A DNA stretch of 64,000 bases from Entomortierella parvispora E1425. Lineage: Eukaryota; Fungi; Mortierellomycota. The DNA lies in NCBI GenBank assembly GCA_020891255.1, contig BQFW01000007.1:1550001-1614000 (forward strand). Direction: 5' to 3'. Position 1 is the stretch's first letter; each line of letters begins with the position of its first letter. Under the pieces are notes generated by a model that saw only the letters and a program-made list of their open reading frames with translations, made no database searches and was not told the origin of the DNA. Below are positions 13,685 to 27,100 of the stretch, piece by piece. The position numbers and the translations under genes are program-made.

Positions 13685-14161
13685 GAAATCCGATAAATTT
13701 GAACATGTTAATTCTGTCCCTGTCCTGTCAAGAGGTGTGATTGCATGGACCCCATGGCCGTGATAGTAAGGTGGGGGGGGGGAGGGCTATCCTACTGGAT
13801 GCCGTTTTGTCCATCTTTTGGTCGCAATGACTGTTGTGTCCATGTCAAGGGGGGTCATGTGCTACCAGGGACAGAGGGACAGGAGCAGCATAAAAAAAAG
13901 AGAGGGGCAACGGAATTGCCGCCGTGATGTGTGCACGCCCCCTACCTAGCGCCACTGAAGAACAGTGATTTTCGTTTTGCTCCTGTTTTTTTCTTTTCTC
14001 TTTCTTTCCTTCTTTTGCTTCTTTTTTTTCCCTTGCGCACCTTCCTCACCGCCTCCTGTACTGCTACTCGCTCCCTATCGATTCCATCTCCTTCCATCTG
14101 CCCACAATACATCCCTGCACCAGCCTTTCTCCTCTATCTTCAAAGGACATCCAATCGCATC

Positions 14162-14542
14162 ATGGACACAAACTCCACAGATCCGTCGTCGAGTCCATCA
14201 GGAGTTCCAAGCGGACAACCAATGGTACGTTGCCGATCCTAATACAATGTTAACAAAATGTCCTGAGAGAACCCATGCTTCGTTTTTTTTTCTTTCCAAT
14301 GACTGATGTTTTTTTTTTCTCTCTTTTTTTAGGCCACAGTGACGGCGGCATTTGTAATTCTTGGAGTCACTGCGGGTGCCATACTTCTTCACCTGGTCCT
14401 TACTTTAATCTTCAAACGAATCGCCAAGAAGACCATTTGGCAATTCGATGACGATCTTGTGAAATATTGGTAAATACCGGGAATGGGGACCCACTGATAA
14501 AAATGATGACTTCATTCATTTAGACCGGGTATCTCTCAAACT

Positions 14543-14573
<31 letters not shown>

Positions 14574-16134
14574 CTTTCGTTCTTTTCATAGCAAAAAACC
14601 AACGTTCATCATGTTTCCGGTGGTAGCGCTATTGATCACGATTCAACTAGTGACTTTACCCTTGGGCGTTTACGGGACCTTGAACCACGCGCTCATCATC
14701 GTCTTACTGTTCACGATCTCGTACCTGTTGGTGATGCTGATCAAATGTGGGTCCTTGGCTGTGGGCAGGAACAATAGCCATCTCAAGGATTCAGCACCCA
14801 AACGCGCGCGGGAGGTCGAAACTCAGATTGTAGTGATGACCAGGATCGTCCAGGGCATGGTTTGGTTGTTGGGATTGTCGGGTATTGCAATGACTTTTCC
14901 GAATGCTTGGCAGGTGGGCGTTTCTCTTTTGGCCTCGGCCAGTGTGTCTGCGTTGTTGTTGGGGTTTGCCGCGAAGCCGTCCATTGAGGTAGGAATGAGC
15001 AGTAGCCACAAGTGAAAACAGAGAGCAAAATACGTCAGGACTAAAAAGCAACTAGGAGCTGACTCTTTTGTCGTTTCATAGAATGCATTGGCCTCGCTGA
15101 CGATTGCGTTGACACAACCATTTATTCTCGAGGACCAAGTGACAGTGAATGGTGAGGTTGGACATATTGAAGAGATCCAATCGCAATATGTCATTGTCAG
15201 GACTCTAGATGAGCGTCGACTGGTTGTTCCATTGACCTGGTTCTTGGCCAATGTAGGTCCCCTTCTGTTCTTTCGATCTCTCGTTGTCGACGGACCCATG
15301 AAGAATCTTTGTTCTAATATCCATCTCAATTCCTTTTAGATCTTTCAAAACTGGTCCAGAAACTCTTCTCAGCAAATAGGAGAGTGCAAGCTGTACGTGG
15401 ATTATACAATGCCTGTGCCCAGGATCCGACAGTATTTTCTCAAATTCGCAAGGTCGCATCCTTTGTACGATGGACGGCACTGTGCTCTCTTGGTGACGGA
15501 TTGTTCTGTGAATACGATTACGCTGACATGCCAGGTCAGCGTAGCCAACGCAATGGATGTAATGCAAGTGACCTCGGATATCAGAGAAGCCATGGTCGAA
15601 TACATCGCCAAGAAGGTGACAGCGTCGGCGACGACATCAGAGGCGAGCTCGCCACCAGACACGATCAAGAGCAATCTTCCTCCACCCGCCAAGATAACGC
15701 CAGCCACCACCCCGCCAGCAGATTCGACCAATCCCACTCTGTCATTGCTGGGACTAGACTGGAGGGAGCATAAAAAGAGACATCATCCAGAAGCATCTCA
15801 TACGCATCCAGGGGGAACCCCTCCTTCCCCTCCGTTGCCTCCGCTTAGTCAAGAGGATGAAAAGATGGGGGAAGGCAGCAGGATGTATCTGAACTGCCCC
15901 AGTATCAACGGCAAGGATGCTGCCAGCAAAAACCCTACAAACTCAGTTTGCGAAAAATCCATTGATCCTAGCGAGACTTCGACGGCTGTTTCTTCGACGG
16001 GCTCGAGGGATCATGTTAGAGTCGACGTTGATGGCAGTGGACAGGACATGACCATTTCTGGCTTGACGAGGAGAGGTGCGAGGGACACAGCTCCAGGTGA
16101 AGCTGTAGTGCCGACTATTGTCACAGAAAAGTAA
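14162..16134 (+). CDS. Small-conductance mechanosensitive channel (MscS family, bacterial-type), 5 exons, about 520 aa
   Basis: Exons 14162-14224, 14333-14469, 14592-14988, 15082-15252 and 15340-16134 join in frame. TM helices are followed by LGFAAKPSIE|NALASLTIALTQPFILEDQVTVNGEVGHIEEIQSQYVIVRTLDERRLVVPLTWFLAN|IFQNWSR. Confidence 0.9.
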
Positions 16135-16430
16135 CTTGTTCATTTATTCTTTACTATATTTTGTATATATCCACCTATAAACGCGTTGTCTCGCTTTGAA
16201 TGATGAGCCATGGTCAACCATGGAGCGATCACGTGATATTTTGTTTTCCAAGCCGCAATTTTTTTCTTTTTTTTTCAAAGCCCAACTCTGTTTGCTCCAT
16301 TGCATCAACGACTTGCTTTCGAGACCATCAAGGACATCGTTCGTTCGCCATCTTCTGTCGCGGTCGCCATTTGACAAGCAGGACACCAAACGCCTTCAAA
16401 CAAACAAATAAAAAGCCCCTCATCAACATA

Positions 16431-17859
16431 ATGAACGCGGAAGCCCAGTTGAAGATTCGCGGACTGATTCAGCTCGCCCTCGGCTACGTTGTCGAGCCTC
16501 AACCCCTCTCTGTGCCCGCCGTGCCCGAGACTTTGGACGGACTGATTGAACAATTGCAAAATGGATTGAACTTGAACGGATCTGAGCCTGTGGTGGCTCC
16601 CGTCCTCGCTCGCGAGTCTCAGGAAGAAGTCTGGGATGGTGAATCCTTTGGAAATCGCCTTGGTAAGTGCAGTTGGCATCCATGGCCTTTGCCAGAGATA
16701 GAGCTGCGGCAAACCCCTCCTCCGTCCTTTTTTTTTTTTTTTTTTTTCTCTTCCAAAAGAACTGCGGCTGCCTCTCTGACTTCTCTCCCTTCAATTTTTT
16801 TCCCCCCCACACAAATTAGCTGGATTGGGAAAGCTGGTAGCAAATGATGTGACCAAGGTCTCTTTGGCTTGCAAGCCCCCCGCGGAGTCCAAGACTGTCA
16901 TTGGTATGGTGGAAGCCCTCGGAGAGACTTGTTTCCGCCTTGCAGGATTTGTGGACTCGATCCCCGTCAAGGTTGCAGGACAGACATACAAGCGCGAGGT
17001 TCAGATTCTGTCCAACAACATCTTTGAGGCCGTCGCAGGACTTTTGAACGCGTTCTTGGAGCAACCCGACGAGAGAGTGTTGCAACTTCAAAACAAGAAT
17101 GCGGCCTTGAAGGGTGTTTCTCAAGGATTGAGCAGAAACAACCAAGGAGCGTCCTCGGAAAGCGGATCGGGAGCCAACAAGGACTTTTATTTGATCAAGA
17201 CGGGTATTGTCTGGGAGGCTTGCGAGATTTTCGAGAAGGCGAGTCGGTCCAACCGGGAGGCTGTGGCCAAGAAGTGGGGCGACATGATGTCCACGATGGA
17301 GGATGCCATTGCAGAGGTCAAGGAGATGATTGATTCCAACGATGAAAAGGATGAGCTCAAGGGGGATGACGATGACGAGGATGACAGCGGCAACGAGAGC
17401 GATGACAGCTGGAACGACGATGAAAAGATGACAGAGGAGGAGAAGCAGTTGAGCATTCAGGCCAACTCTCATTTGAAGTTGACACGGTTGTTGCTCAAGA
17501 AGTTGCAGCAAAGGTGTCTTGATACCCAGCAAGTTGCCAAGATTGTGATCCCTTCGGCAAACTCGCAACGCTCGGACGTGACACTCCAGCCTTCAGATCT
17601 GGCCAGGATGTGGGATCAGCTGTACGAGGCTGCTCAGGGCATTGTGGCGTTGGCCGATGAGATTGCTACTTCACTCTACAGTCCCCAGGATCAGGCAGTG
17701 TTGATGACGCTTTTGAGACAGTTGAGCAGGAAGAACCACGACTGCATCTTGGTGGGCCGATTGTTTGTCAAGGGTCAGGCTGATCAAGAGCAGTGGATGG
17801 ATATGTGCGAGGCCCAGTCGAAAAAGATTTTGGATGCAATTGTCCTTTTGCAGTCGTAA
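16431..17859 (+). CDS. Cyclin-D1-binding protein / GCIP-like protein, 2 exons
   Basis: Exons 16431-16662 and 16820-17859 are in frame. A helical protein with a central acidic tract (MEDAIAEVKEMIDSNDEKDE..DDSWNDDEKMTEEEK), typical of the GCIP/CCNDBP1 family. Confidence 0.7.
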
Positions 17860-18639
17860 GATCGATAGACCTTTTTTTATTTGTAGTTATTTTGTTGCAT
17901 ATCCCTCCCTCCCTCCCTCCTCCCCCATCAGAATTGTATAAAAGTTGCATGTTGTCCGAACACGAATCAGAGAAGCGCCACCAATTTTTGTGTGCAGTGG
18001 AATTACATATCACCTAGAGAAAGGGAGTGACATATGACAATCATAATGCAGTAGGGCAAAGGGGGATCAAAAGGTCCGAACGGATTAAAAAAAGACGCGA
18101 CTTTTGAGCAATTGAGGGTGCGGGTGAGAAACAACAAGGAACGAAAACAAGTCGCAAGACTCACGCCACTTGTTCGGATCTGTTGAATTGAGTTGAGGAA
18201 CAGGACAGGTACAGCAGGATGCATTTCATATAGAGTGAAGGAGCAAGGGAGAAAGAGGGAATAGACGCCACAAGGTGCCGGATGTTTCGCATGGGTGGGC
18301 ACAGATCAGAGACGATATCTCGGACGATGGACCAAAAGCAAGCGAACCGAGGGGGAGAAGGAGGGGCGGGCATCAGAACGAATGTCTTTGATCCACACAC
18401 AGACCGATTGGAGTGCAGCCCAGCGAGGCAGGGAGAGAACGAGAGCAGTGGCCTGATTTTTTTTTGTTGCCCTTCCCACCCAGAGGGGACTGCTTCTTCA
18501 TTCCGCGCACCGACGGTCTGATTTTGAGTTTGAAAATATAAGGTGATGCCTCGCCGGTGCCCTGAACGCTTCTTTGCTTGTTCCTTGTCTTTTTGCCATA
18601 GCTGATCACCTTCTTTTGTGCCCATCTCTCTTTCCTTCT

Positions 18640-18698
18640 CTCTCATTCTCTCATTCTCTCATTCTCTCATTCTCTCATTCTCTCATTCTCTCATTCAT
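18640..18698 (+). repeat. (TCTCATTC)n tandem repeat upstream of ERG1
   Basis: About 6 consecutive copies of an 8-bp unit are directly visible. Confidence 0.85.
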
Positions 18699-18763
18699 TC
18701 CCCTCATCACTCCTTCTCTGCCTCTCCTTGTCCCCTTCTCTCTCCTAAAGTTATATCCACACA

Positions 18764-20894
18764 ATGCCCGGAAACGTATGTCGCTCCTCCCTTGCCACCA
18801 AAAAAAAAGAATACCTATCTATACCTCGGACCTGAATGGCACCACAACCTTTTGGTCATCATCTCCCATCGACCTCGCAATGAATGCCCCTCCTGCCTCT
18901 CCCCCCCAGTTGTGCCCTCCCCTGAAGATGCCTCTAGGAAACTATTCTCTCCCTGTCCGTTTTACTGACATGTACCGCCTCACTCTTTACACCCGATAGG
19001 CTCTTTCACCTTCCCTGGCAACCGTTCCTGTACCAGCAGCCGGATCGTCCTTTGATATCATTGTTGTAGGCGCAGGAGTCCTTGGCTCTGCCTTTGCCTC
19101 CACTTTTGGCAAACAGGGCAAGCGCATTCTTCTCCTCGGTGAGTCTCCCTCTGTCTCTTCATCTCCAGCGCCCTGAATTTTTTACGAGGAATTATCAACA
19201 TGACGAGGAAAAAAAAATGGCCTGATCTGTGCAGCCACCCTTTTTTTTATCGTTGCACAATGCGTTTGCTCAAAGTAAAGCAGTGATGAAATCTAACCCA
19301 TGTCTACGATTCCTCTTTATAGAGAGAGACTTGAGCGAGCCCGATCGTATTGTGGGAGAGCTTTTGCAGCCTGGAGGCGTCAAGGCTTTGAAGACCCTTG
19401 GGTTGGACCACTGTCTGGATGGAATCGATGCTATCCCCACCTATGGCTATGGAGTGATTCGTGGCTCGGAACATGTTCATATCCCTTATCTGATTGACCC
19501 CGATACTGGAAAGCAATACCAGGGCAAATCTTTCCACCACGGACGATTCATTCAAAACTTGAGAGCCGCTGCTGCTGCCACACCAAAGCAAGTGCCGACG
19601 GAGAAGGACCCTGATGCTGTTCATTGTGATCTTGAGATCCTCTTATCCTAATACGTTTTCTCTTCTCATTAGTGTTACAATTGTCGAGGCGACTGTGAAC
19701 GAGGTTCTTCGCGACGAAGATGGTGTCAGAGCCCAGGGCGTTTCATGCACACCCAAGAAAGATAGCACAGACTCAGAGTCATCATCCACCACTATCAACT
19801 ACAAGGCGCCACTCGTTGTCATCGCTGACGGATGCTTCTCAAAGTTCAGGAAACAATACATCGAAAAGCCTGTCGCTACCACCTCACACTTTGTTGGGTA
19901 AGGAATCTTGCGACTGCTGGGAGACAGGATAATGGCTTAGGAACAAGCAACCATTGCTGACAATGATTCTTATTATATGCACCTAGATTCATCATGAAGG
20001 ATGTCCAGCTGCCCTTCCCCAACCACGGACACGTCCTTCTCGCCAGCCCATCACCCATTCTCATGTACCAAATCTCCACCAGGGATACCCGCATTCTCGT
20101 TGATGTTCCAGGAAAGCTGCCTTCGGCCAGCTCAGGAGCTTTGAGATCTTATCTGGAAACGATTGTTCGACCCCAATTGCCCGAGCAGGTTCAAAAGGCC
20201 TTCATGACTGCGCTGGAGACGGAACGCTTGAGATCTATGCCCAACAGCTTCTTGCCACCTTCGACGAGCTCAGAGTTGGGTGTGATTCTGTTGGGAGATG
20301 CCATGAACATGAGACATCCCTTGACTGGAGGCGGAATGACTGTGGCCTTGAACGATGTGGTCTACTTGAGCGATTTCTTGAAGGGCGATGTGACCAAGGA
20401 CCAGGAGGAGACTATGGTCCAAATGGAGCTGTTCTTCTGGAAGAGAAAGGAGCTCAGTGGAGTCATCAATGTTCTTGCCCAGGCATTGTACTCATTATTC
20501 TCAGGAGCTGGTAAGTGTCCTATTGATCTTGTCGACTTTTCGCGTATCTTTTTTCATTTTTCAAATCCTTTTCGTTATTCTAACAAATGTGTACTTTTTT
20601 TTTCTTGGTCGGCCTATAGACGATAACTTGAGAGTGTTGCGCGATGGCTGCTTCAGCTATTTCAAGATGGGAGGCGATTGCGTGGAGGGACCCGTGGGAT
20701 TGCTGTCGGGCATTACGCGTCGCCGGGCGGTTCTTGTGTATCACTTTTACGCCGTGGCTTTGCATTCGATCTGGTTGATGTTCCATCAAGCCACTTGGGC
20801 CGAGGTGCCAGCAACATTCTTCAGGGCCTTTGCCGTGATGTGGACCGCCTGTGTGGTTTTGCTCCCAGTGATGTGGAGCGAGTGCAAGGCATAA
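18764..20894 (+). CDS. ERG1: Squalene epoxidase (squalene monooxygenase)
   Basis: FAD motif DIIVVGAGVLG; ERDLSEPDRIVGELLQPGG; FHHGRFIQNLR; GDAMNMRHPLTGGGMTVALND; NVLAQALY. A micro-exon MPGN (18764-18775) precedes an intron whose acceptor is at 18999. Confidence 0.95.
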
Positions 20895-21170
20895 AGCAGG
20901 AGGACTCTCCCCCATCGCCACAAGCACCCATTATTAGCCCGCCGTAGCAGCAGCAACCAAAGCAGCTACAACAACATAACGACAAAGGGGTGAAAGTCGT
21001 TGTATTTATATCCAGTTCATAAAATTTATTTGTTCGCATTCTATTGTTTGTTCGCCCTGAAGTTGTATATTTTGAATGGACATTTGCATAAAAGAAAAGG
21101 AAAGAATGCTATCCGAGGACAGTTGAGAGAAATGAAGGAAAGGGGAATTGTTTTGCCTCGTCTGAGACTA

Positions 21171-22976
21171 GAGACCATGCCAAAAACATCCATACCTCTG
21201 ATTTGAATGTCCGGTTTCATATGGATCTCCACCCCTTAATAAAAGTTATGACTTTTCGCGCACTCAAGGGGAGAAAGGGACGCCACTCAGCTCTCTGGAG
21301 ATGCAACTCCCATCTCTCTACCATGTCGGATCCTCGATTTAAACGGAATGCAGCACGACTGACTCGTAATGAATACTGCATTCTGGCGAACGTCCAAAGC
21401 TACTTGAATGGGACTGGGGCCTTCCACGAGCACCGTGGCAAAGTCACCGCCCGCAAGCGTCTTGCCCTCATAACTGGGATCGGTTCAGATACGGCGCGGA
21501 AAGCTATTCAGTTTTATAACGGCGTGGGGGAGGTTTCGGAGAAACGCATTGGTCGACCAAAACACATCATTGAGACTGACTTGGGCGCAGCCATTCGAGA
21601 ATTTGTGTTGGCATGCAACAAAGATGGAGTGCCTGTGACAACGAATCTAGTTTTGAAGGAGCTGCGGGAAAAACACGGTATCGTTTTCGCGAAGCGAACC
21701 TTGGTCCGTCGATTAAAACGGCTAGGTCTTCATTACGGCAAAGGAAGCAGGAGGAATATCCTCCATGACTCCCAAGCGGTGATCGACTATCGTGATGTTT
21801 ACATCGAGCGTCGCCTCTCGAATCTGAACCCCAAGGGTCTTCCAATTGTTCCTGAGGTGTTCCTTGATGAGTCATATTGTCATCTAGACCATCACAGTCT
21901 TCGGACATGGTTGCCTTCTGGAGGCTCTGTCAATGAGCGAGGACGAAAGCCAATGCTTGTCATTTTCGGTGCATTCGTGGTATTCCGAGTTGACAACAAG
22001 CTCAGGGCAGAGCTCGTCAAGAAAAAGCATCCTCATCTGGCCGGTCAAGGGTCAATTGCGTGGTCGAGAGGGTGGACGTGCCGCAGACAACGAGCTATGG
22101 AAGACTGTTCCTGATTTTGTCCGAGAGGCGGGTATTGCCCCTGACTACCATGACTACCACGGTAACTTTGATGCGGATCTGTTTGAGCGATTGTTTGAGG
22201 CTCTGTGCACAACACTCCATGAAGACTATGGGCCTTGTCACATTCACATGGATGGCGCCAAGTACCATGTCCGCGAAGAGAATCCAGTACCGAAAGCAAG
22301 CTCCTGTGTGAGAGATATCCATTCGTGGTTCGAAAAGAATGGCATAGAGCTACCAACAAATGACCGGGGCAAGATCAAGTCTAGACTCGAGCTTCTTGAG
22401 CACATCAAAGGTCTCAACATCCCCAAGACCTTTGCTTCATACCGAATTGCACACGAATACGGACACACCATTTGCAAGACACCTCCGTATCATTGCGAGC
22501 TACAGCCGATTGAAATGGTCTGGGGAATGGTCAAGAACCCAATTGCAGCCAATCCTAACTTGGACGAGACTGAGCTGTCACTGCGAAACCGCCTTTTGGG
22601 ACTCTTCGCTGGCATTCAGGAGTCACAGCTTATTGCTGTTTGGAAAAAGACTGTCCAGGTTGGGAGGGACTATCGGATTCTCTACGAAAGACGACTCGAA
22701 AACAATGAAAACTACAGTGAAAGTGACGATGATGACCGCGAATTTGATAGTGACACAGACAACAGTGAAATTTCTAGTGACGAGGAGGCATAGTATTTTC
22801 TATTTTTTTTCAGTACCATTGTTCTCAGTAGACATGACCCCAGTGAGTCCAGTCCATCATGGAACATCGTTTAGAGTCAATGAAGTTTTTAAAATCAGAA
22901 GAGAATAGAAAAAAAAAAGGCAGAGGGGTGTGAGAATTTAGGTTTTGTGAGGTATGGATATTTGTGGCAAGATCTC
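21171..22976 (+). mobile_element. IS630-Tc1-mariner superfamily DNA transposon with long DD86E spacing (Sailor-like)
   Basis: 28-bp TIRs at 21171-21198 (GAGACCATGCCAAAAACATCCATACCTC) and 22949-22976 match at 24/28 positions and are flanked by TA at 21169-21170 and 22977-22978; the element encloses a transposase. Confidence 0.9.
21323..22793 (+). pseudogene. DDE transposase with one frameshift near 22020
   Basis: N-terminal HTH-like region (RIGRPK..KRTLVRRLKRLG), then VFLDESY, HMDGAKYH and TPPYHCELQPIEMVW. The ORF is split between frames at gtcaagaaaaagcatc; removing one A restores LVKKSILIW. Confidence 0.85.
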
Positions 22977-23763
22977 TATGTTCTGTTGCACCAAAGAGGG
23001 GCGCTGCGAACACAAAAAAATTACAGAGCAAACCGCGGGAAAAGAACAGGTGTTGGAATGTTGGGTCTGTCGTCTTTGAGAGGAAGGAGTTTTGTCGATC
23101 CGTTGGCCCTACGAAGGAGAAGGAAGGAAGGGATAAAAAAAAAGAGAGTTTTGGGCGGAGTCCTTTATGATTCGAGTCGAGTTGACGAAACAGTTGGAAA
23201 AGATTGAAGGATTTCACATGGCAACAAGACATGACAACGGATGGAGCTGACACAATTGTCAGTTTTCCACTTCCTCTTCAGGAAACCACCAAGGCAAAGT
23301 GCGCTACTGGGGAACACGAAAGATAGCGCTGTTTGATATGATGTCTTTGTTTACTTCTCTCTCTCCCTCTCTGTCTCTTTCCCCACTTTCGCCCTCCTTT
23401 TGAGGCAAAGGAGCAGAACGGTCTTTATTTATTTCGCCAGTGTTTATATTATATCTGTGATGTTGTTCAGATTTGTTGTGTTGTCGAGATAGCAATTGAC
23501 AAGAAAGAAAACAGCCGGATCTTGGGGACCTGGCAGAAAGTGCTGCCGCTGAGTCTGATCGACGTCTCTTCTCCGGTCTCGATTTTGGATCCAGATTTAC
23601 GCGAAGGCCGAGTTGAAGAGAAAATGACCTGTGGGCAGCCACTCAGCACTGCCAGTCTTGTCAGCCAACCCAGCCCAGCCCAGCCCAGCCCAGCTCAGCC
23701 AGTCAAGGAAGCAGCGAATCGACAGATAGCAATGCACCTGGTGCCCCGCGCCGGGCAGACAGG

Positions 23764-23766
<3 letters not shown>

Positions 23767-23828
<62 letters not shown>
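23767..23828 (+). repeat. (AG)n microsatellite, about 31 units, upstream of GUT2
   Basis: Perfect dinucleotide run, directly visible. Confidence 0.95.
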
Positions 23829-23834
<6 letters not shown>

Positions 23835-24106
23835 CGCTCCGCCGTCCTGTGCCAGGCAGCCAGGCAGAAATGAACGAAAGAACGAACGAACGAAAGCAAA
23901 CAAACCCGCCCTTTTGTCCTGATAACGAAACCGACCTTGAGCCTGCCTCCTTTTTAAGGCCCCTGTTCCCTCTTTGCCTGTCCTTTTCCTTTCCATTCAT
24001 TCATTTCTCTCTTCTCTTCTCTCTTCTGATCAATTCATTCAGACCTCAGCAACTCCCTTCCTTTTCCTCCCCTTCCCCTCTCCCCCCCTTCCTCATTCAC
24101 CTTCAC

Positions 24107-27100
24107 ATGTGGCGTCGCATCCCTTCCACCGGTGCAAGACACGCCACCTCGTCCTCATTCAGCCGGAAGGCGGCCTATGCGACCGCCGGTGCCACGACTC
24201 TGGCCCTCTCTGGCTACTACTACAACCAACAACAACTAAAGCGCCAACGCGACTTTATCGATGGCGACTTTGAGATGCCCCCCCACCCCTCGATGGCCTT
24301 TATGGAGTCGCAGCAGACGAGCAGAGACCCTACGAGACCTCACGCCTTCTGGGCTCCTCCTTCAAGAGACGACATGATCCATATGCTCCAGAACGGTCCT
24401 GGCGCCATCAAGGACCACAAGGGCAACAAGGACTCATTACCTGTCGCCGCCGCACCCTCCACTCCGGATCAGACCAGCGAAAACAAGGAGGAAGATTCAG
24501 ACGTGTTTGATCTGTTGATTATCGGTGGTGGTGCCACCGGTGCTGGTTGTGCCGTCGATGCTGCCACGCGTGGACTCAAGGTCGCCATGGTTGAGCGTGA
24601 TGACTTCTCGTCAGGTAAGCTTTTTTCTTCTTTTTTTTATTATTCTTTCTTTGCTTTGTGATCGCCTGGGAAGAGTTCAGTGGTCAGATCAAGAGCAAAC
24701 CAAGCCATTGGGACAAACAGGACAAACAAGTTCATCATGAGCAGAGTGCTGTTTTCGCACGTGTAATGGTGGTTCAACCAAACAACAAAAAAAGAGGGGG
24801 AGAGAGAGTGAAGAAAAAATGGGCATAGGGCGGGGCGACTACGATCGGCAGTTATGACTCGAAGGACCGACGACCATCTATGTATCTCGAATGCTGTATT
24901 GTTTCGGCAAGGGAGGAGTGGAGAGAATAGAGTGACTGTTCTCAAGAAGGAAAGAGGGATCCCGCTCACGGCGTCGGTTGGCTGGCCGGTAGGAGTATGG
25001 AATCGCTAATAGCGGAATCCTAAAAACAGGGCATGGAAGAGAACCCACTCCAACAATCACGGCCCTCCTCCGTCGATCTTTCATCATCCCACAGCTATCT
25101 CAAAGGGCGAAACGGACGATAAAGCGAAAGAGGGCCCACACCGGTTTGCCGTGGGAAGAAGAGACTGAGGATTTTGTTGACGGGGCGAGTTCAACTCAAA
25201 TCTCGCTCCTTGACGCAATTTGAGAATTGTTCTTGGCTTGATTTCACCAAACTATCGACGCAATCGACGCACAGCACCACACCACAACTCTCATGTGCCT
25301 GATAGCGACGACAGGATGAGCTTTTCTGTGTGTTTATCTCGAATGATACACCCTGCCCTTCCATTCATTACCCAGATCGAGCCACACGTGGGCAGTGAGA
25401 TCATTGTGACCATTGATCCGCAGAGTCTCTTTGTCCCGAGGAAAAGAAAAGAGCAGAACGAGATGAGATGGGCGACTAATCCCGCGTGTTTGTATCTAAT
25501 TGCATTGACTAATGATAGGTACTTCCTCAAGATCTACCAAGTTGGTTCACGGAGGAGTCCGTTACTTGGAGAAGGCCGTTCGTGAATTGGATATTGAGCA
25601 GTACAAACTCGTCAAGGAGGCTTTGAACGAGCGTGCAAACTTCCTCAAGATTGCCCCATATCTGAGCTACCAGCTCCCCATCATGTTGCCCGTCTACAAG
25701 TAAGAGACGGCAGAAATAATCTTGACCAGATGTCTCCATGGGCAAAAGCAGAGAAAACTTACTCAATCTCCATTTCTAGGTGGTGGCAGGTTCCTTACTA
25801 CTGGGCTGGATCCAAGGCCTATGATCTCTTGGCCGGCCATCAGGGTATGGAGAGCAGTTATTTCTTGACCAAGGGTAAGGCACTGGAGGCTTTCCCTATG
25901 CTCAAGAACGAGAAGCTCGTCGGTGCTGTTGTCTACTACGATGGTCAACACAACGACTCGCGTATGAACGTCGCTTTGGGATTGACTGCTGTCCAGTATG
26001 GTGCCGTCATTGCCAACCACGTCGAGGTCGTTGAATTGCACAAGGATGACAACAAGCGTCTTTGCGGAGCTCGCGTTCGCGATACCATGACTGGCAAGGA
26101 GTTCAACGTCAAGGCCAAGGGAATCATTAACGCCACTGGACCTTTTACAGATGGAATTCGTCAAATGGACGAGCCCTCGATCAAGAATATTGTCGCACCC
26201 TCTGCAGGAGTCCACATTATTCTTCCCAACTACTACAGTCCCGGCAACATGGGTCTTTTGGATCCCTCCACCAGTGACGGACGTGTGATTTTCTTCTTGC
26301 CCTGGCAAGGAAACACCATTGCAGGAACGACCGATTCCGCAACAGAGGTGACTCAGAACCCCATGGCCACCGAGGAGGAGATTAACTGGATCTTGGGAGA
26401 GGTCAAGAACTACTTGAACCCCGATGTCAAGGTCCGTCGTGGCGATGTTTTGGCTGCTTGGTCTGGAATCCGTCCCTTGGTTCGTGATCCCGCTGCCAAG
26501 AGCACGGAGGGATTGGTCCGCAACCACATGATCAACGTCAGCGCAAGTGGATTGTTGACTATTGCTGGTGGCAAGTGGACGACTTACCGTGCCATGGCTG
26601 CCGAGACCATTGACGAGGCTATCAAGGAGTTCCACCTTAAGCCCGCTCGTGAGTGCACGACCGAGCGTGTCAAGCTTATTGGAGCCCATGGTTACAGCAA
26701 GACCATGTTTATTCGTTTGATCCAGCAGTTCGGATTGGAGACTGAGATTGCTCAACATCTTGCCAACAGTTACGGTGATCGCGCCTGGGCTGTGGCCTCT
26801 TTGGCCCAGTCGACTGGCAAGCGCTGGCCCGTCTTTGGCAAGAGAATCTCTGGCCAATACCCATACATTGAGGCCGAGGTCCGGTACGCCGTCCGTCGCG
26901 AGTATGCTTGCACGGCCGTCGATGTCTTGGCCCGCCGTCTCCGTCTCGCTTTCTTGAACGTTCACGCTGCCTTGGATGCTTTGCCAAGAGTTGTCGAGAT
27001 CATGTCCGAGGAGCTTCACTGGGACCAGGCTCGTCAGGAGAAGGAGGTTGAGGAGGCCAAGCAGTTCTTGACGACCATGGGTCTTCCCGTGAGCCCTATT

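Noticed and set aside
23522-24106. In-frame extension upstream of GUT2 (RERERE...)
   Set aside because: Translation of the (AG)n microsatellite and the UTR; the mitochondrial-type N-terminus begins at 24107.
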